A DNA stretch of 64,000 nt from an uncultured Candidatus Saccharibacteria bacterium. GTDB taxonomy: Bacteria > Patescibacteriota > Saccharimonadia > Saccharimonadales > Saccharimonadaceae. The translations under genes and the position numbers were made by a program. The stretch covers positions 47,168-111,167 of the forward strand of contig CAUTMI010000002.1 in the NCBI GenBank assembly GCA_963539465.1, in the 5' to 3' direction. The notes below the pieces were generated by a model. That model was given only the letters and a program-made list of their open reading frames with translations, was not told the DNA's origin and did no database searches. Numbering within the stretch: position 1 is the stretch's first letter; every line of letters starts with the position of its first letter. This document shows, in pieces, positions 7,519 through 16,975 of this stretch.

Positions 7519-7606
7519 TTGACGCGTAATAAAGTCTATACTAGTATATTAATACTAGAGACCCCTCGACTCCGAGCTTCGGCTTGGATTTGGGGTCTCT
7601 TTTATT
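7519..7606 (+). ncRNA. Candidate small RNA unit (TTGACG-17-TAGTAT, 9-bp hairpin, T-rich tail), function unknown
   Basis: TTGACG at 7519-7524 and TAGTAT at 7542-7547. AGAGACCCC (7557-7565) pairs with GGGGTCTCT (7592-7600), followed by TTTATT. No ORF. Confidence 0.3.
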
Positions 7607-7683
7607 CCTTAATTTCCACCAATATTTGTAGCTTAAAATTATTACCTTGATACCATCACTTTTTCCAGAATATCTTATTAAAA

Positions 7684-8535
7684 CTATTCAGCAGACTCAC
7701 TAAGTTTCTTAAGTCCAGACTCTCCTCCCCCAAGTTTTCTACTAACTTTCTTCTCAATTTCCTTAATATGAACCTCTGGTGGAAGGTTCTCTGGCATCGT
7801 TCCGCCAATGTCTTTTATAGTCTGTCTCACTTTACCACCGATCATGAAATGTATTGAGTCCGCTTTTTGTTCGCCAATTGTTTTACCACTTGCTAGTTCA
7901 TTCTGTAGCTTGTCATTGGTTTGAGTGATACGGAAGAGATTCGCTGCTAGTTCGGTTGTTCCAGCCCTATCTAGAATCTTATCTTTTCCAAGATTCTTTT
8001 TCAAAGCAAGCTCCTTAGCGTTCATACCGTAAAGCCCACGATATCCCGCATCATTAAATTTTCCAAAATTCCTTACGCCACTAGATTTTGCAGAGTCGAA
8101 CAGCGTCTTATTATTGTCAATAACTTGCGTACGTACATGCAGTCTCTTCTCTTCATCAGACATCGACTGGAATTGTTCCTGCCTAAAAGTCTGAATATTA
8201 AAATACGCTTGTGCTTGTGCAATTTCTGGTTTGTCTGGATCGCCATTTTGAGCAATAAGATAGCAGGCATACTTAGATAGCTCGAAATCCACAACGGTAC
8301 GTTCTGCACCTTTTCCCGTCCGTATCATTTTTCCCGCTTGGCGAAAATGATCGTTTATGTTGTAATATTTTGTAATTTTGCTTGTTTCAAAAGATTTCTT
8401 GGCTCTATTGATAGCATTCTGAAATTTATCCCAACTGGCATACCCCAGAATCTTCTGCAGCTCCCTTGCACTCCAAAACTCACGACTCGTGTCGTCGTGT
8501 CGAATGTCATCAAAAATACTAATCTCAGCTGACAT
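7684..8535 (-). CDS. dinD: DNA-damage-inducible protein D (DinD / Bro-N-like family)
   Basis: 283 aa, collinear with E. coli DinD motifs: WSARELQKILGY, LSKYACYLIAQNGDP, GYRGLYG, GTTELAANLFR, KVRQTIKDIGGTMPE. GGAGGA lies upstream of the ATG, and a TTGATT-18-TATAAT promoter lies on the minus strand near 8584-8613. Confidence 0.85.
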   Translation of the reverse strand: MSAEISIFDDIRHDDTSREFWSARELQKILGYASWDKFQNAINRAKKSFETSKITKYYNINDHFRQAGKMIRTGKGAERTVVDFELSKYACYLIAQNGDPDKPEIAQAQAYFNIQTFRQEQFQSMSDEEKRLHVRTQVIDNNKTLFDSAKSSGVRNFGKFNDAGYRGLYGMNAKELALKKNLGKDKILDRAGTTELAANLFRITQTNDKLQNELASGKTIGEQKADSIHFMIGGKVRQTIKDIGGTMPENLPPEVHIKEIEKKVSRKLGGGESGLKKLSESAE

Positions 8536-8844
8536 TTAATTCCTCCACTTTATTATTAATTAAGTTCTCTCGCTCTCTGCCAGTATTATACTTGGATTTT
8601 GTAAATAAAATCAACTGAATTCATGGTGGATTTTTAGTGTCTATAAATATAATAAAAAGATGTAGGAAAACCTACTTTTTGGTCTGTATATTTTACTTAC
8701 TTTAATCAGTAAATTGACGTCCGGAAATATCCTACAAGTGATTCTCAAAACTTCTGTGTCGGTGCTAAAATATGTAAAAGAGTTCATTCGCTAGGTTTTG
8801 TTCCTAGGACAAGAGGACCTCTTTTTATCGAAATGCCACTAGTG

Positions 8845-8901
8845 TTATTTGAGGGTTTTAACCATTTTTCCCACTTGGCGAAAATGGTCTTTTATGTTGT
8901 G
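8845..8901 (-). pseudogene. Short relic of a second dinD-like gene
   Basis: 8863-8900 matches dinD nucleotides 8326-8363 at about 34 of 38 positions. It translates as HNIKDHFRQVGKMVKTLK*, compared with dinD YNINDHFRQAGKMIRTGK. It is bounded by stop codons. Confidence 0.4.
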
Positions 8902-8945
8902 TTATGTTAACCGTACCTTTGTTTTTTTGGTATTAATACCAAAAG

Positions 8946-9233
8946 CTATTGCCTGCTCTTAAAGAAATCTTTCCAATAGGGGTTTTCTTTGTCAAAAATT
9001 TCCTTTTCATGCTGATTTAAAGCCCATGGATAATCTCGAAAAAGCCAGTATACTTTCTTTTTATCAAAGGAAAACACATGATCGCCAAATCCCATAGCAT
9101 CATTGAGATCGCTATTAGAAACTCTTCCAGATTTGATATCATCTTCTAAAATACCATGATAGACTGTCCCCCACCAAATCTGATCACTCTGATTTTCTTT
9201 ATTCCACTCAATATAAATATTATCTTCTGTCAT
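8946..9233 (-). CDS. Hypothetical protein (95 aa), last gene of the two-component operon
   Basis: An ORF abutting the histidine kinase gene. No recognisable motif. Confidence 0.45.
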   Translation of the reverse strand: MTEDNIYIEWNKENQSDQIWWGTVYHGILEDDIKSGRVSNSDLNDAMGFGDHVFSFDKKKVYWLFRDYPWALNQHEKEIFDKENPYWKDFFKSRQ

Positions 9234-9242
9234 TGTATTTTA

Positions 9243-10259
9243 TTATACCACCACCTCAAACTCAGCGCCCCGCCCCTCGCCGCTTCGAAGCACAATTTTA
9301 TACCCCTGTCGCTCTGCTAGATTCTTTGCAATCGCCAGTCCCAGCCCATGACTCGTCTTATCCTCCGTCCTAGTCCTCGCTGCGTCCACCTGATAAAATC
9401 GCTCAAAAATCCTCTTCTGATCTTCTTTCTTCACTCCCACCCCGTTATCTTTCACGCTAAACACCGCATTTTTTCCGCGTCGCCCCGCCCGTAAATAAAT
9501 AATCTTTTCCCCTGAATACTTCATCGCATTATCTGCAAAAATCGTCAAAATCTGCTCCAGCGTATTTTTTGACACACTCGCTCGCAAATTCTTCCCAAGG
9601 TTCATCTCCGTCTCAATCTTCACTCCGCGCTCCTTCGCCACTGGCGCCAATTTTTCTTGCAAATCAGCTAAAAACTCAGGCACATTAATCTCAATCGACT
9701 TTTCTGACTCGCCATTCTCCCGCGCCACGTCCAGCATCGAAGCTGTCAGCTCTTTCATCTTTAAAATCTCTTCAATATTTTTCTCGATCACCTCGCGAGC
9801 CTTTTCTTCCGGCAAACTCCTCTTCCTCAGCGCCACCTCGTTCCTCAGTAACATTGCCGTCAAAGGTGTCTTCAATTCATGGCTCGCATCGAAGATAAAC
9901 TGTGTTTGTTTCATCATCGCCCGTTCAATCGGCGCCAATGTCAATCTTGCCAAGCTTCGGCTCACAAAAATTCCGATAAAGAAAATCCCAAGATTAAAAC
10001 TCACCAGGGAATAGACAATCGTCGTGCGCGTGGTATTGTCCCGCTTGTCCAGCCGCTTTCGAAAATTATCCTCAAAAGAATGCTCCTCAAATTCTGGTGC
10101 CTCTATGCTGACACTCGAGTTTTCTTCTTCGCTTGGCAGGAGTGGCCTATTCAAGCTCGCTGTCGACAGTAAATAAATAATTCCCGTAAAAATCAAGGAC
10201 AGGGTCATGATTACTGCGAGATAACTCAAAGTCAAACGATTTACTTCAGATTTTTTCAT
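9243..10259 (-). CDS. Sensor histidine kinase
   Basis: Two N-terminal TM segments. H-box SHELKTPLT, N box DNAMKY, G boxes DNGVGV and GLGLAIAK. Confidence 0.85.
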   Translation of the reverse strand: MKKSEVNRLTLSYLAVIMTLSLIFTGIIYLLSTASLNRPLLPSEEENSSVSIEAPEFEEHSFEDNFRKRLDKRDNTTRTTIVYSLVSFNLGIFFIGIFVSRSLARLTLAPIERAMMKQTQFIFDASHELKTPLTAMLLRNEVALRKRSLPEEKAREVIEKNIEEILKMKELTASMLDVARENGESEKSIEINVPEFLADLQEKLAPVAKERGVKIETEMNLGKNLRASVSKNTLEQILTIFADNAMKYSGEKIIYLRAGRRGKNAVFSVKDNGVGVKKEDQKRIFERFYQVDAARTRTEDKTSHGLGLAIAKNLAERQGYKIVLRSGEGRGAEFEVVV

Positions 10260-10327
10260 TACTTCTATTCTAACTTATTTTCAAAATTACTCATCCCTAC
10301 TCCGTGAGTGTGGGGAGTCAAATTGAC

Positions 10328-11008
10328 TTATTTCGCCTTCTCGCCCACAATCTTATAGCCAAATCCAGGCACGGTCTGGATCAATTTTTGCTTATAAGGT
10401 TTATCAATCTTCTTTCGCAAAAACATAATAAATAACTCCACATTATTCGGCAACACGTCCGCATCAAAGTCCCAGACGTTCGAAATGATTTTCTCTTTCG
10501 ATAAAACCTTACCTTCATTTCGCATCAAATATTCCAGTACTGCATACTCTTTAGTTGTTAATTTAATTTCATCTCCCGCGCGCGAGACACTTTTTGAACT
10601 TGGATCAAGTACAAGATCCGCCACCCGCAAGACTTCCTCTAGTTTTTGGGTTGGGCGCCTCAGTAGCGCACGCATATGAGCAAGTAGAACTTCAAAATTG
10701 AACGGTTTTGCTAGGTAGTCATCTGCTCCATAATCGAGCCCCTTCACCACATCCTGTGACTGTCCTCTTGCTGTTAGCATCAGAATCGGCGTGGTATTCT
10801 TTTCCGCCCGCAGCTTCTGGCAGACTTCAAATCCATTCATTGATGGGAGCATCACGTCAAGAATAATCAAATCATATTCTTCCGCCATCGCTGTATGGTA
10901 GCCATCCTCGCCGTCAAAGCAGGAATCCACTGCATATGATTCGTCCTCCAGCCCCTCTTTCAATGCCTCATTAATTTCTTTATCATCTTCAATAATTAAA
11001 ATCTTCAT
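10328..11008 (-). CDS. OmpR-family response regulator
   Basis: A receiver domain (IIEDD, ILDVMLP, LAKPF) plus a winged-helix C-terminus (LTTKEYAVLEYL, GFGYKI). Confidence 0.9.
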   Translation of the reverse strand: MKILIIEDDKEINEALKEGLEDESYAVDSCFDGEDGYHTAMAEEYDLIILDVMLPSMNGFEVCQKLRAEKNTTPILMLTARGQSQDVVKGLDYGADDYLAKPFNFEVLLAHMRALLRRPTQKLEEVLRVADLVLDPSSKSVSRAGDEIKLTTKEYAVLEYLMRNEGKVLSKEKIISNVWDFDADVLPNNVELFIMFLRKKIDKPYKQKLIQTVPGFGYKIVGEKAK

Positions 11009-11023
11009 AAATATAACTTCAGT

Positions 11024-11398
11024 TTAATAAGCAAACGTAACAGCCTCAGGCCACATCGCGTTCACTAACTTCTTACCTTGACTAGTCACGCTTACTAAAA
11101 TTTTACCATAGGTCTGTTGGATTACCGTAAGAAGTCCCTTCGATTTTAGCTCCGTCAACACATTCATTGTCACCTTCTTTGGCATTCCGGCCTGGTCCAC
11201 AATATTATCCACATCATCCATCCCCTCCTCAAAAACCTGCTGCAAAATAAGAGCCTCATTCACCGACAGATCCATCTGCTTGCTTTGCTTGGATTTATTA
11301 GTTTTTTGGCTCTTATTTTTCATCACTTTCTCCTTCTTTAAAGTTTTCTTGATTAAATTTTCATCTTCCGCGTATAAGTTAACATCATAATTTTTCAT
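11024..11398 (-). CDS. Small putative winged-helix DNA-binding protein
   Basis: 124 aa with a Lys-rich N-terminus. The C-terminal half (DNIVDQAGMPKKVTMNVLTELKSKGLL) looks like a MarR/Lrp-type wHTH. The start may be an internal Met. Confidence 0.4.
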   Translation of the reverse strand: MKNYDVNLYAEDENLIKKTLKKEKVMKNKSQKTNKSKQSKQMDLSVNEALILQQVFEEGMDDVDNIVDQAGMPKKVTMNVLTELKSKGLLTVIQQTYGKILVSVTSQGKKLVNAMWPEAVTFAY

Positions 11399-11505
11399 TT
11401 TATTCCTTTCGTTTATGATGCTTATAGTTTACAAAGATGTTCTTTAAAACCGCTTTAAATTTTGGAGATTTTTTCTTAAATTACTATCTGTTAATAGATT
11501 ATTTT

Positions 11506-12096
11506 TTACCTAATATTATTTGATCGATTACCAGGGGCACCTTGTCTATTCGGTCCGCTCTGTTGATTCTCACCTTGTCCACCAGGTCCACCTTGTTGAC
11601 CACCGCCTTGTCCGTTACTATTTGGAACGCCCTGTGTTCCGCTTGTATTTGCTCCGCCTGGTTCCCCTTGTGCGTTTTCATTGGTGGTATTACTAGTTCC
11701 GTCTTGGCTTTGACTATTTATCATTCCAGGTCCGCCCTGTTGATTATTACTTTGTCCGCCCGGTCCACCTTGTTGACCACCGCCTTGTCCGCTCGGTCCG
11801 CCCATCTGGCTGCTCATCCCGCCAGGACCCCCTTGTCCGCCAGGTCCACCCATTCCGCCCCTCATACTATTATTGCCAGATACCTGTGTCCCCACAAAGA
11901 AACATAATGCCGCAATCGTCACGCCACCAGCCGCAATCCCGGCAATGGTTCCAACCTTCGTCTCTTTTTTACTTTTCTCTGAAATCTCGTTCATTCTTGT
12001 CCTTTCATAAAAATTATTTTCCCCCACATTTTCCCCAGAGTTCTCCCCCGCATTAATCTGGGCCGCTTCATGAGCCCAGAAATCGTCACTTTTCAT
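11506..12096 (-). CDS. Membrane-anchored Gly/Gln/Pro-rich low-complexity protein
   Basis: 196 aa with one TM (TIAGIAAGGVTIAALCFFVG), then repeated GGPGGQ/QQGGPGG units. It sits in an operon with the glycosyltransferase fusion. Confidence 0.5.
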   Translation of the reverse strand: MKSDDFWAHEAAQINAGENSGENVGENNFYERTRMNEISEKSKKETKVGTIAGIAAGGVTIAALCFFVGTQVSGNNSMRGGMGGPGGQGGPGGMSSQMGGPSGQGGGQQGGPGGQSNNQQGGPGMINSQSQDGTSNTTNENAQGEPGGANTSGTQGVPNSNGQGGGQQGGPGGQGENQQSGPNRQGAPGNRSNNIR

Positions 12097-12113
12097 TTTC
12101 TTAATCTTCCTTT

Positions 12114-14783
12114 CTATGTACTTAATTGATATACCGTATACTGACTCCCCCCATAACTCACTACTGTCGCATTCTGTTTAATCCAACTTACGATTTCACT
12201 ACTACCACCCGGTCCGCCACCCATTCCGTGACTACTTGCTACATAGTATTTAATCTTTCCGCTCGCTACGTATTCCTTAAACTGCGCTAAGGTTAGTACT
12301 GGGTCACTACCATTAAAGCCCCCCAGTGCTGCTACTGGCTTTCCGGTCGAAATCTGAATTGCCGCCGATTCGTTTGCGCTATTCACTGCCGCAATCCAGG
12401 TACTTTCCGAACTGTTTGCCAGAAGGTATGTCACCAATGCGCTTTCGGCCTCGGCATTCTCGTTATTGCTTCCCATTAAAGCCGTGCTACTCGGCCCCGC
12501 CGTTGGAATACTGCCTACGTGGGTCTGCGTCACGGTGGCGACCGTATAATAAACTGGAGTGGCTAGGACACTAATAATTGATAAGACGCTACCAACCTTT
12601 AAGAGAATTGCTTGTCGCACCTCTTTATCCTGTTCGTTACCTTGATTGGCTTTTGGCAAACTCTTCGCCAGTACAAGAAGCAGGGAACTAATAACTCCTA
12701 GGCTCAGAATCACCCACATCATTCCAGTTAGGCCACCCGTGCTTAGATTTATTGCTGCTGTTAAGATAGTTGCTCCAACCGTCACTGGAAGTAGCCAAAT
12801 GTTTTGTTCTGTTTTATAAAGTCGGACGATCAGCGGTAAACTAATTCCCACCAGCGCTGCGATCGCCGGCGCTAGCACCACTACATAATATGGATGAATT
12901 GTTCCTGAGGTCATACTGAAAATAAACATATGCGTGAGTAGCCAAATCGTCCAAAAAGCGGTAATTCCAAATTGAATATTGCTGCGCTCTTTGTTTCTTA
13001 ATTTGATCGCGACTGCAATCATTCCAATCAGGGCTGCCGGTATGAACCACGCAATGTTTGGACCAAACTCTTCATTGAACATTCGAAAAATTCCCGTCGT
13101 TCCTCCAAACCCAGTGCGTCCGCCACCACCCCCGCCATTGCCAGGGCTATTGCCCAGAAGTCGGCCAAAACCGTTATAGCCAAAGATTAAACTCCAAATA
13201 TTGTTATCGTTCGTACTACCAACCCACGGCCTCATTTCTGCCGGTGTTAGATAAACTAGTATCGACCAACTGAGAGAGGCTAGCATCACTACGCCTGTAA
13301 ATATTCCAAGATGTAAAATCCGTTTATTAAGTTTTGGTTTTGCAAAACATAAGTAAACTACGTAGATTGCCGGTAGAATCATTAATCCCTGTAGCATTTT
13401 TGTATTAAATGCCAGGCCCGAGAAAATCGCCGATAGAATCAAATTCCTGATTGGGTGTGATTCTAGTGCCTTAATGAAACAATATCCACTTGCTGTCAAG
13501 AAACACATCAGGATCGCATCAGGGTTATTAAAACCGGACATTAGTGCTACCACTGGCGTCACCGCTAGTGCGATCCCCGCGAGAAGGCCCGACTTAAAAC
13601 CGAAATAACGTCTTGTAATCCGATAGACCAGATAGACCGTGATGACTCCCGCCAGTACATTTGGTAGCAGCATGGAGAAGCTCGAGAATCCAAAGATTTT
13701 TGCAGAAAGCCCCATGATCATTGTTGCAAGTGGTGGTTTATCAACCGAAACGAAGTTTGCCGCGTCTAGGGAACCAAACAACCATGCCGTAAAGTTGCTT
13801 GAGGCTGCCTGCACCGCTGCTGCGTAGTAGCTATTCGCCATACCGTTTTGCATTGCTCCATAAAGATAAGTTGCGGCTGTCAAGATTAATAAAATTCCTA
13901 TCGCCAACCCTCGCTTGCTAGTCGTTTGGACCAGTTCTCGTTTTACTCGCATTAGACCCTGAAGATCCTCCGTCACTGTCTTCATAATTTTTACTCGGCT
14001 ATCCGTATCCTCCACCCAGGTTACTGGCTGTTCATGAATTTTTATTCCTGACTTTTCTGCCTTAATCAGAAGTTCGGTGTCAAAGAACCATTGTGTGTCG
14101 GTTACCTTCGGCAATAAATTTTCCGAAACGTCTTTTCGGATTGCTTTAAACCCACATTGCGCATCTGAGAATCTCGTTCCCATATAGGCTTTAATAATTT
14201 TATTGTAGCTTTTTGAAATAAAATCTCGCTTAAAGCCACGCGTCGTTCTTGAGTTTTTGCTAAGCCTTGAGCCGATTGCCACGCCAGCCTCGCCATTAAT
14301 CAAGGGTCGAATCATCGGCATAAAATCTTCAAGACTGGTCGACAGATCAACGTCCATGTAGGATAAAATATCCGCATCACTCTCCATCCAAACTTGTTTG
14401 AGCGCCCGCCCACGACCTTTTTCTGTTAAGCGTACGACGCGAATTGCTGCATAATTTTCTGAGAGCTCATTCGCAATCATCTGCGTCCGGTCTATGCTGC
14501 CATTATCGGCAATTGTAATCCGAAAATGTAGTCCATCCTGTTTTTGCAGGAAGTCGTGTAATTTCTCAATGTTCGCTTTTAATGTTCTTTCTTCATTTAG
14601 AACCGGCACCACGACTTCCACTAGTGGATTTTCGATCGCCGGAAAATATCGTTTATGATATATTTCAACCGCCTCCGGCTCCCCTCGGCAATGGATTTTT
14701 AATCGCACCGGCGAATTTAACCGTAGTGCTGTTGTTTGACTTGCATTGTATAAATCTTTCTTCATGTTCATCAGTCTATCCAC
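12114..14783 (-). CDS. Fusion of a GT2 (polyprenyl-phosphate sugar synthase-like) glycosyltransferase and an ArnT/PMT-like (GT39/GT83-type) glycosyltransferase
   Basis: 889 aa. N-terminal GT2 motifs (VVVPVLNEE, ADNGSIDRT, MDVDLS), then a multi-TM ArnT/PMT-like core and a C-terminal extracytoplasmic domain. Confidence 0.75.
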   Translation of the reverse strand: MDRLMNMKKDLYNASQTTALRLNSPVRLKIHCRGEPEAVEIYHKRYFPAIENPLVEVVVPVLNEERTLKANIEKLHDFLQKQDGLHFRITIADNGSIDRTQMIANELSENYAAIRVVRLTEKGRGRALKQVWMESDADILSYMDVDLSTSLEDFMPMIRPLINGEAGVAIGSRLSKNSRTTRGFKRDFISKSYNKIIKAYMGTRFSDAQCGFKAIRKDVSENLLPKVTDTQWFFDTELLIKAEKSGIKIHEQPVTWVEDTDSRVKIMKTVTEDLQGLMRVKRELVQTTSKRGLAIGILLILTAATYLYGAMQNGMANSYYAAAVQAASSNFTAWLFGSLDAANFVSVDKPPLATMIMGLSAKIFGFSSFSMLLPNVLAGVITVYLVYRITRRYFGFKSGLLAGIALAVTPVVALMSGFNNPDAILMCFLTASGYCFIKALESHPIRNLILSAIFSGLAFNTKMLQGLMILPAIYVVYLCFAKPKLNKRILHLGIFTGVVMLASLSWSILVYLTPAEMRPWVGSTNDNNIWSLIFGYNGFGRLLGNSPGNGGGGGGRTGFGGTTGIFRMFNEEFGPNIAWFIPAALIGMIAVAIKLRNKERSNIQFGITAFWTIWLLTHMFIFSMTSGTIHPYYVVVLAPAIAALVGISLPLIVRLYKTEQNIWLLPVTVGATILTAAINLSTGGLTGMMWVILSLGVISSLLLVLAKSLPKANQGNEQDKEVRQAILLKVGSVLSIISVLATPVYYTVATVTQTHVGSIPTAGPSSTALMGSNNENAEAESALVTYLLANSSESTWIAAVNSANESAAIQISTGKPVAALGGFNGSDPVLTLAQFKEYVASGKIKYYVASSHGMGGGPGGSSEIVSWIKQNATVVSYGGSQYTVYQLST

Positions 14784-14832
14784 TTCCTCTTTAAAATCGC
14801 TTTAAACCCTCAAAAGATGTATAATATACACT

Positions 14833-16323
14833 ATGAAACAAGAAAAATCCGAAAGAAAATCCGAAAGAAAGTCCACACCCCTCCGCGCTTTTTTCCAAAT
14901 ACTTGCTTTTCTCTCGACCTGCTCGGCCCTCTACTTTTTATACCAAGCCCAACTTTTACCAATCCGTCTTTTTGGCTTTCTCACCATCGGGGTTTTTCTT
15001 ATTTTTACCCTTCTTATCACTCTCAGTAAACGCTATATTCTCGTTGTTATTTTCTTAATCTTAGACACCATCATCAATCTCGCCCTCAGCTTCGTTTTTT
15101 ATAAATACAATGACTATTTCTCCCAATTCGGTACTCACGCCAATTACCACGAGAAATACAGTCTAGTCACTCTAGCCGACTCCGAACTTGCAAAAACCGG
15201 CATCGGCGAAATCACCTATCTTGGTCTCCTCGAAAGTGATCCTTATCTCTCTACATTAGAACAATATCTACAAAACGATCAGTCCACTCGCACTGGTCTC
15301 CTCGCACGCACTCTCTCTGCCTCTGATCTAGTGCACTATGACAATCTTCTCACCTTGACCACCAGTCTAATTAATAAAGCCTCCGTGAATTCCGGCAATC
15401 TAAAAACCATGTTACTTGGCGAGTCTTATCTTGAATCTCTCAAAGAAAACAACCAGGAAATCTTCGCCAAACTCCATATCTTGCAGGATGTTGAACTTGC
15501 CGTCACACCAAAGACAGTTGAGGTTACTAAAAATGATTCACTCGACTCCCCATTCACGGTCTATATTAGTGGTATCGATAATCGTGACCACACTCTACCG
15601 TTCGCTGCTCGCTCTGACGTCAATCTCATTATGGTTTTCAATCCGAAAAAACATAAAATCCTCATCCTAAATACGCCACGTGATTTTTATGTCCCGCTTG
15701 CCATGAATGGAAAACTTGATAAGCTCACTCACGCCGGCCTCTATGGTGTCAACGAATCGATTCATACTCTCGAAAACTTCTATGGCATCAAATTCAATTA
15801 CTACGCCCGCATTAATTTTGACGCCACTTCTTCTGTAATTGACCAACTGGGCGGTGTCGACGTCACAATCCCGTATGTCGTCAATACCTATCACGGCAGA
15901 CGTCATTATGAACCAGGTACGTACCATCTAAATGGCGATCAAGCTCTCGATTTTGCCAGGGAACGTGTCTCAATTAGCTGGGCTGGTGGCGATCGTGAAC
16001 GCGGCCGCAATCAGGAGAAAATTCTTTCCGCTCTTCTTCATAAACTACAAACCAGTCCAAATGACCTCAACCGCATCGATCAGATTTTTGCCTCCATCGC
16101 CAAGAATATTCAGACCAACTTCACTAGTGACGATCTCAAATATCTCGTCCAGCGCCAATTCACCACTCTCGCTAATTGGCAAACTGAGCTGATTGATGTT
16201 GATGGTAAGGCCGATATTACATCAACTTTCACCTATCCTGAACCAAAACACTTCGTCTGGCACCCATATCAAGATTCTGTCGATCGCGCCAAAGTCAAAC
16301 TTCAAGAGTATCTCCAAAACTAA
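14833..16323 (+). CDS. LytR-CpsA-Psr (LCP) family cell-wall polymer transferase
   Basis: N-terminal TMs followed by LCP motifs: RSDVNLIMVFNP, LNTPRDFYV, ALDFARER, GDRERGRNQ. Confidence 0.85.
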   Translation: MKQEKSERKSERKSTPLRAFFQILAFLSTCSALYFLYQAQLLPIRLFGFLTIGVFLIFTLLITLSKRYILVVIFLILDTIINLALSFVFYKYNDYFSQFGTHANYHEKYSLVTLADSELAKTGIGEITYLGLLESDPYLSTLEQYLQNDQSTRTGLLARTLSASDLVHYDNLLTLTTSLINKASVNSGNLKTMLLGESYLESLKENNQEIFAKLHILQDVELAVTPKTVEVTKNDSLDSPFTVYISGIDNRDHTLPFAARSDVNLIMVFNPKKHKILILNTPRDFYVPLAMNGKLDKLTHAGLYGVNESIHTLENFYGIKFNYYARINFDATSSVIDQLGGVDVTIPYVVNTYHGRRHYEPGTYHLNGDQALDFARERVSISWAGGDRERGRNQEKILSALLHKLQTSPNDLNRIDQIFASIAKNIQTNFTSDDLKYLVQRQFTTLANWQTELIDVDGKADITSTFTYPEPKHFVWHPYQDSVDRAKVKLQEYLQN

Positions 16324-16396
16324 ATATTAAAATCAAATAATATCGAAACTAATTATAAAAATAGTCAAACATAGTTCAAAAACCTTATTGCAAAAC

Positions 16397-16933
16397 ATGA
16401 CCTCAAAAAACACACCAAAAAGTCATTCAAAAACCGCAATCATTCTTTTGGCACTCCTGATTTTTCAAATGCTTTTTATTTTTGCCATGTCATCTTTCGG
16501 TCCGGATTCTTCAAACGCGCAAAGTAATTTCTTTGTCAATCTAATTTCTGGGCTTATACCAGATCTTAAAACTGGCACGTCTACGTCGGCTTTTGATCTC
16601 AAAACCCTCATCTTCTTCGTCCGTAAAACCGCCCACTTTACCGAATACGCCATTTTAGGTCTCCTCTTCTACCTTAATCTAAGACATCACTCAAATAAAA
16701 AACAATCACCAAATCATCACTCAAGCCAAAAACAATCGCTAAAACTCTTTGCTCTAGCGATTCTATTTAGCGCCCTCTATGCTTGCACCGATGAATTTCA
16801 TCAGCTTTTTGTTCCTGGCCGCACCGGACAGCCTTTTGACGTCTTAGTCGACACGCTTGGCGCCACTTTTGGTTGTCTCGTCGTCATCGCCGTCCAAAAA
16901 CTCAGAAGCCAACTAGCTCTTCGCCACTCTTAA
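16397..16933 (+). CDS. VanZ family membrane protein
   Basis: KTAHFTEYAILGLLF and DEFHQLFVPGRTGQPFDVLVDTLGA are VanZ-like. An alternative TTG start lies at 16388. Confidence 0.7.
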   Translation: MTSKNTPKSHSKTAIILLALLIFQMLFIFAMSSFGPDSSNAQSNFFVNLISGLIPDLKTGTSTSAFDLKTLIFFVRKTAHFTEYAILGLLFYLNLRHHSNKKQSPNHHSSQKQSLKLFALAILFSALYACTDEFHQLFVPGRTGQPFDVLVDTLGATFGCLVVIAVQKLRSQLALRHS

Positions 16934-16975
16934 CCAAAAGAGAACCCCGCTAATTCTTCGTCGTTCCTAGCTAAA

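Noticed and set aside
11542-11907. A 121-aa plus-strand ORF and a 60-aa minus-strand ORF overlapping the GGPGGQ-repeat gene
   Set aside because: These are low-complexity shadow frames of the repeat DNA. The 196-aa minus-strand frame has a TM anchor and fits the operon.
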